Position numbers and translations under genes: made by a program | Notes under the pieces: model-generated | Seen by the model: the letters and a program-made list of their open reading frames with translations, nothing else | Told to the model about the DNA's origin: nothing | Database searches by the model: none | Shown: piece by piece, positions 57,225-64,000 of the stretch | How positions within the stretch are numbered: the first letter of the stretch is position 1 | Layout: every line of letters starts with the position of its first letter | Assembly: GCA_004431415.1 (NCBI GenBank) | Contig: QPMI01000472.1 | Location: forward strand, 221,851-285,850 | Length of the DNA: 64,000 nucleotides | Source of the DNA: Cyanophora paradoxa CCMP329 | Taxonomy: Eukaryota > Plantae > Glaucophyta | Reading direction: 5' to 3'

Positions 57225-59940
57225 TTTATATGCAGTGCATTTACGTATACTCGCATTTGGCCATCAATGTACCCGCTGAACGTTTTATAATTTTGATTGA
57301 TCACGAGCTGTGCGCCAGCGTATTTACCATGAGCCACTTCAACCGCCATACGATGATTCGCTGTACAACGGAATTTGCAAGTGTAGCTTGCAGATTCATC
57401 GATAAAGAAAATCTAAATTACATTTCAATTGAATGAATGTTATAAACATAGTGGTACAGTTTTGCAAAAGGGGCCCTCATGATCGTCGCCCTCAGAACAT
57501 AATATGCACCGGTCCTCAATTATATTAGGAGGCGTGGGCATGCTGAGCTACACGGTCCTAGATGCCCTCATGCTGGTTAGAAACATGGCCGCGGGTCGCT
57601 TGGGGGGGAGGGGGGGGGCGGGGCGGGGGCCGGGGAGGTCAAGAGAGGGGTATGGGAGGTTGAGAGCTCGAGGAAGAGATGGGAGGGTAGCCTAGCTATA
57701 GTAGGTTCAGTTGCGGTCGCTGGGTCTTGAATATTTAATCGCGCCGCCCAAGTCCACGGATGCGCCGGGGTACGGGATGAGTTCGTCGCTGGCGGAACGT
57801 GTGGAGGCTGCAAACCTCGTCGGCCTTACAGGCTGCAAAGCCCTGCCGACGCCGCGTTCGGGTCTCCATCAGATTGACCTCCTCCCGCTCCCGTCGCCGC
57901 CCGGCGGCCGTGCACGTGGGGTCCTGATCATGAGCGGCCACGTCCTTACCTATATATGCAGGCAACCTCTTCCTAGCCCGGCACGCCACCCCCCCCCCCC
58001 CTCCCCTCCCCCCCCCCCTCCCCCCCTTGTCTTATCTAGAAGCCTAGTCTAAGTGATGGGGCGAAGGCGAAAAACTTCCAAAATTAAAAGCCTTCGTGAA
58101 TACTGAGGGGCAGGGCCCAGGTAGGGGAACATCTTGTTCCATGAAGGGGAAGGCCCTGAGGGGAACTGAAAGAAGGAGAGAGAGTGGTGAGATCTAAAGG
58201 CAAGGAACAAAAGGGGCATGCGCGCAGGCAGGCCGGGCCCGCCGCTTCCAGAAAAGAGGGGGCACTGCGGCACCGCTGCCCTCGAAGTAGAGGAAAACAG
58301 ACCAAGGGGGCGACTTCAACGATTGGGAGGGCGGCCCGCGGCCGACTGCCGAGAAAGAAGAGAGAGGCTGAAGGGCCGAAAAAGCTGTCCTGGCTGCAGC
58401 TGGTGGGCCGCGAGCTGGGGGCGGCGGCTGCCGCGGTGCAGGCACGGCGGCAGCCGCGCGCCCGCGGCGGGCGGCCGCGGGACGAAATTAAAGGCGGCGG
58501 CCGGCGGGATGAAAGGCGGCGGCCGCGAGGCGCTGCAGCAGCCGCGCTCTCGCGGCGGGCGGGGCGGGGCGGGGGTGGCGGAGCGAGGCGGCGGCGACGG
58601 ACGCACGCGCCCGCCGCGGGGCCCGACGGGCCGGCGGGGCGGGCGCGTGGGGACTCTGGGGAGGCGGGCGCGTGGGGAGGCGGCAGCGGGGCGGCAGGCC
58701 TAGGGGGGCGGCACTTTCGCGCCGAGGTAATAGAGCCCGCGCTGTGAAGGATTGTGAGCAGCTGAGAGCTGAGAGGACTCGCGGGCGGCGAACTTTGAGC
58801 CTTATAATCACTAAGTTAGATCATCGGATCGGCAGAAAATGATCCACTTCAGATCTGAAGTAGAAAAAGTCGTGCTCTAAAAACCTCGCACGGGCGCGCC
58901 CGCGGCCGCGGCCGGCTAGCGCTGCCTGATCGGCAAGCACGTCCGACGTCGACCGTCCTTGGTTCGCTTCGCGCGCCTCGCGATCGCCGCGCCGGCCGCG
59001 CCGCTGCGACGCTAGCGTCGGACTGCGGCAACTCGAGCTCGGGTCACGTCGGACTGCGGGGCAAGCTCGACGCCGCGCCACGAGTCGCGTCGCCGCGGCC
59101 GCGGCCCGCGGCCACGTGCACTCGCGCCGCCGCTGCTTGTAGAGCGCTAGCAGCTCAACGCACAGCCTGGCAGCTACTCTATATCACTCCTCCTCCAGTC
59201 CGCGGGGCTTTGCAGATGCGTCTCTCGGCACTATCACTCGGGCGTCTCTTTTCGGATGTCTGGGCCGGGCCGGAGCATCTCTCTTCCAGCGCCCGGCGGG
59301 CGGCGCCCGCGCGCGGCTGCGGCGGGGCGAGCCTCGGAGCCGGCGCTCTTAAGCTTGGAGGGCGCCAGCCAGCGCCTACGTGCACGGCCGTCGCAGCTGC
59401 AGCTGGCGCCGCGGCGCCGGCGGCGCGCGGGTCCAAGGTCACCTAGCTATAGTACACGTGCACCAGCGCTAATTATAACCCCACGGCAGCAGGCTGCACC
59501 CTTGTATGTGTACTGCAGTCTTGACTAATTAACGTTCGATTTCAGATCTAGAGTTTTGCTTGTGCCTTGAACTACTTAGGCTAGTACTTGCTCGCCGACG
59601 CTCAGTTTGAGAGGGATACAGGATCCAGAGTCGAGACCGGGTACAGAAAAAGTGGCCGCGACGAGCTCCCGCGCTTGGCGGCTGGGCCCCGCTGGGCCCT
59701 CAACGCAAGAACGAGACAGTTTGCTCGTCGGGTCGCAACGATCTTGAGCTTCCCGCTCGAGCAACTTCGGCTGCGCGGTGACGGCACAGCCTAGACGACT
59801 GAGCAGACGTTTCCGTCGATTTCGCGTCGTCTTGCCAGCCCCGCAGGCGCCAGCCTGAGGATCCCCAGCGAAGGGACCCCCGCGCCGTTTCTCCAGCCTA
59901 GGCGGAGATCGAGCAAGCCGCTGGGCCTAGCGCGCGTAGA

Positions 59941-62900
59941 ATGCAACGCTCGAACTCGGGAGGGATCGGCGGGCTGGGCAGCCTCGGCCTGTCGGAAGAG
60001 ATTTCGAAGTCGGAGGCGGCCCGAGCCGCCGCCTCTCCGACCAGGTCCGAAAGCCCCGCGCGCGGCCGGGGCCCGCCGCGAGTCGCCGAGATTGTAGTTG
60101 CAGGAGCAGCTGGAAGGGCTGCGCGGGGCCATGGAGGCGACCTCGAGCGAGCTGGCGGAGGTGAGCTCCGAGCGCGACCGGCTCCTCGACGAGTGCGAGC
60201 GGCTGGCCGACAAGGTGCCGCGCCGCCGCCGCCCGCCTTCCCGGCCGCGTCCCGGGCGAGCCCGGCGCGGCGCAGGTGCAGGACCTGGAGCGGGCGGTCT
60301 CGGAGAAGGACCGCGCGCTGGCGGTCGCGCAGGCCTCGGCGGGCCCCGCGGCGATGGAAGAGGCGGCGGCGGGCGTGGAGGAGCTGCGCGAGGCGCTGGA
60401 GGCGCTGGCGCGGGATGCGGCCGGCGAGCTGGACGCCTTCAAGCTCGACATGAACCGCCTCGAGACCGCCGTCCAGCGGGTCGACAAGGCCAAGGCCGGC
60501 GCCGGCGCACGCTGGCGCCCCGAAGATGCTCGTGCAGCCGCCGACGCCCACGGGCGACCGCTTCGACGACTTTGGCGAGGCCGCGGACGCGATCAACGAG
60601 ATGCGCGAGGAGCTGGTGCGCCGGCCGCCCGCCCCCGCCCCGGCCCCGCCCCCGTCCCCGCCGACGCCGACGCGGACGGACGGGAGCGCAGCGGCAGCTG
60701 CGGGGGCAGGTGAAGAAGCAGGAGGCGGAGATGGAGGAGGCGCTGGGGAGTTCGCGGCGACGGCCAACCAGGCGATCGCCGAGGCGAAGCGCACGAAGAG
60801 CCCGCAAGCCTCGCCGGCAGGGCGGCGCGAGGTCACCATCGGCACCGAGGAGCTCGAGATGGAGATCCGGCGCCTGCAGAAGGAGCTGGCGGGGGCGGAG
60901 CAGGGGAAGGAGCGGGCGGAGCGGAGCGAGGGTGCGACGAAGGCGCGCCTGGAGAAGCAGATCGCGCGGCTGAAGGAGGAGCTGGAGGCGTGCCGGGCGG
61001 AGCGGGACGAGAGCAACAGCACGCTGGCGGCGATCCAGGAGGAGCTGCCGGGGGTGCAGGAGCAGTTCGGGGCGCTGCAGCGGCAGGTCGCCGAGCGCGA
61101 CGCCGAGCTCGCCCGCCTCCGCGAGGTCCTCGAGGACCGCGACGCCGCCCTCGCCGTGCGCGACCCGGCCCCGGCCTCCGCCCCGCCCGCCCGGCGCCGC
61201 CCGCGCCGAGGTTCTTCTTCGCAGTCGGCGCGGTGGACAGCGCGAACCTGCGGACGGAGCTGCAGCGGGCGCGGGCGGAGGGCGGCGCGGCCGCGACGAC
61301 AGCGACGCCGGCAGCGTCGAGGCGCGCCCGCCCCGCCTCCCCTCCGCTCTCGGCCGCGCCGCGCCGCCCGCCTCTGAGCGGCGCCGGCAGGTGTACGCGG
61401 CGGCCCTGGAGGCGGCCCACCGGAAGGCGCGCGCGCGTGCCCCGGCTCCGCCCCGCCGCGGCGGCGCTGACGGGTCGGGCGGGCGCAGGTGGCGGACTCG
61501 AGACGGCGCTGGAGCGGGAGCGCGGGCGAGCCGGCCCGGCAGCGGCGGCGCCGGCGCCGCGGCCGCCGCCCAGCAGCGCCCCAACTCGCCCGCCAGCCGT
61601 GCGCCGCCCCGCGCCCGACCCTGAGGGCCGCGCAGCGCCCGGGTCGCTGAGCTCGTGGGGGCAGAGCGGGAGCAGCAGGAGCGAGCGGCGCTGGCGGCGC
61701 GGCTGCAGAGCACGGAGGCGCGGCTGCGGCAGGCGCTGCAGGAGCGGGACGCGAGCGTGGAGGAGGCCAAGCTGCTCAAGGCCGGCCTCGCCGAGGCCAA
61801 GGAGATCTCGAGCGCGCCGGCGAGATGGAGGAGCAGATGGCCGCCATGGACAAGGCCCGCCGCCCTCCGTCCTCCTCGGCCCGCGCACGCGGTCTGGGGG
61901 TACAGCGGCTGACTCTGCTGCGGGGGCGCAGGAGCTGGACGCGATGGACGCCGAGTGCGCGCGACTGCGCGAGGAGAACGCGCGGCTGGTGGAGGAGAAG
62001 CGCGAGCGGGACCGGGCGAGCGGCGGAGCACGCCGACGGGCGCCCAGCCGCGCAAGGGCGTCCTCAAGAAGCCGGCCGGCCTCACCCCCGAGGAGGCCGA
62101 CGCGCTCCGGGCGGAGCTGGGGACGGCGGAGGCGGCGGCGAGGCGGCGCGGCGCGAGAAGGGCGAGACGGAGGCGGCGCTGGCGAAGCTGCAGGAGGCGC
62201 ACGCGGCGGCGGCGCGGGAGTACGAGAGCTGCGGGCGGCGCAGGAGGGCCAGGCGGCGGAGCGGGCGGAGCTCGCGGAGAAGCTGAAGCGGGAGGCGGAG
62301 CTGCGCTCGCAGGCGCAGCTGGGCCTGCGGGACGCCCGGGAGCGCATCGGGCGCCTCGAGGCGTCCCTCAAGGAGGCGGGCCTCGGCCACCTCGCCCGCT
62401 CCCGGGGGCCCTCCCCCGCCCACAGCCGCTCCTCCTCCCCCGTCCGCGGCGGCCCGGCGCCGTCGGCTGCGGAGGAGGCGGGGGCCGGGGTGGAGGCGGC
62501 GGCGCTGCGGGCCGGACTGGAGCGCGAGCGCGAGCGCGCGGCGGCGGGCGAGGAGCAGCTCGCAGCCGCCCGGGGCGAGCTCCAGAGGGAGCGGGAGCGG
62601 GCCAAGGCCGGCGAGGAGCAGCTGGCGGCGGCGCGGGGCGAGCTGCAGCGGGAGCGCGAGCGGGCGAAGGCCGGCGAGGAGCGGCTGGCGGCGCTGCAGG
62701 CGGGCGCGGGCGAGGCGGAGGGGCGCGCGAAGGCGGCCCAGGAGCAGCTGGAGGCCCTCACTCGCAGCCTCGAGACGGTGCGGCGCGCCGGACCGGGCCG
62801 CCCTGCGCCGAAAAGGCGGCGGGGACTGACGCGGGGGCCCCGGGCCGGGCCGGGCCGGGCAGGAGCGGGTGCAGGCGGCCTCGCGGGAGAAGGAGTTCGC

Positions 62901-64000
62901 CTCGCTCCAGAGCGCCGCCCGCGCGGTGCGCGCGCCCCGCCGCCGCGGCTGCCGAGCGCGGCCGGGGCCGACGGTGCCGCGCAGGCGCAGGAGAAGGCGG
63001 AGGCGGCGGAGCGGGAGGCGGGGCGGCTGCGTCGGGCGCTGGAGGAGGAGCGCGGCGCGGCGGCGGCGGCGCAGGCGCAGGCCGAGGCGAGCGAGGCCGG
63101 CGAGGCGGGGGCCGAGGCGGAGCGGCTCGAGTGGCGGGCGCGGGAGGCGGCGCTCGAGGGCGAGGCGCGGGAGGCGCGCGGGGAGGCGGAGCGGTACCGG
63201 GCGGCGGAGGCGGCGGCGCGCGCCGAGCTGAAGCGGCGGGAGCAGGAGCTGAGCAGCCTCATCCAGCAGCAGCAGAGCGAGCTCGACGCCGCCTCGGCCC
63301 GCCTCGCCGCCGCCGCCGCCGCCCGCGAGCGCGAGCGCGAGCAGCGCGCCGCCTCCCCCGCCGCGCCCCCGGCCCCGGCCCCGGCGCCGCCGGCGGCCGA
63401 CGGCGACGCTCTGGAGCGGGCGGCGCGGGAGGCGGCGGAGGCGCGCGCGGAGGCGGAGAAGGTGCGGGGCGAGCTGGCGCTCACGCGGGAGGAGCTGGCG
63501 GCGGCGCAGGCGCAGCTGCGCGCGCACCTCTCCAAGAAAATGCTGAAGGGCAAGGAGGGCGCCCGCGCCTCCCCGGACAAGAGCGGGGCCCCGCCGCCGC
63601 CGCCCCCGCCGGGGCCGCCCCCCACGGGGCCGGCGCTGGCGAGCGGGGGCGGCGGCCGGGGGCCGGCAGCCGGCGTCGCCGGGGGAGGCGGGGGCGGCGC
63701 CTCGCAGCGGGCGATCGTGCAGCTGGGCGAGTTCGTGGAGCGCTGCCTGGCGGCCATCCCGGGGCGCCCCGACGCCGCCGCCGACGCCGCCGCCGCCGAC
63801 CTCCAGCTCCGCCGCGAGCGCGACGCCATGGCCGTGCGCCCCCCTCCTCCGCCCTTGCTGTCGGGTCCCGGCGCCTCACGCGCGCCCCCAGATGGCCCTG
63901 GAGGCGGTGCGGGCGGAGCTCTCGCGCGCCGCGCCGCCTCGCCGCCCTCGCCGCCCCCGCGCCGTCCGGCGGCGCGCATCCGGCCTCGGCGGCGGGCGGC
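59941..64000 (+). CDS. Host long coiled-coil protein, multi-exon, runs off the window
   Basis: E/A/R-rich heptads in successive frames (ELEMEIRRLQKEL, LQSTEARLRQALQE); 63-bp repeat ELQRERERAKAGEEQLAAARG at ~62515-62700. Confidence 0.62.

Noticed and set aside
57500-59900. Possible transposon remnant (SLHTFR resembling a tyrosine recombinase box; poly-C/G tracts)
   Set aside because: No further catalytic residues, termini or repeats to support it.
60439-63979. Long minus-strand ORFs (587, 481 and 1048 aa)
   Set aside because: Antisense shadows of a very GC-rich coiled-coil gene on the plus strand.

Overview
Eukaryotic (probably protist) genomic DNA: GC-rich, short-intron host genes interrupted by AT-rich endogenous Polinton/Maverick-like viruses. 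Copy B (27155-55123, about 28 kb) is near complete. It has terminal inverted repeats, pPolB, an rve integrase, a Prim-Pol/D5-like primase-helicase, an A32 packaging ATPase, a double-jelly-roll major capsid protein, two penton-like genes, a giant phage-like tail fibre, a patatin-discoidin fusion and an S-adenosylmethionine decarboxylase (AdoMetDC) homolog. The first 11.4 kb is a nest: an unidentified element end (1-592) abuts the pPolB of copy A (593-8063). Copy A carries an RNase H non-LTR retrotransposon fragment and itself sits inside a gene of a diverged relative, copy C (8064-11372). The most unusual signals are: conserved AdoMetDC in two diverged copies; every visible end is a self-complementary cassette with a 28-bp stem (in copy C capped by three GCGAAGC mini-hairpins); a pPolB with apparently lost proofreading motifs; and CG dinucleotides in the viral core confined to TCG/CGA. 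Many copy-B genes are split by single-base homopolymer deletions, probably sequencing errors. All calls are by-eye motif recognition; no searches were run.
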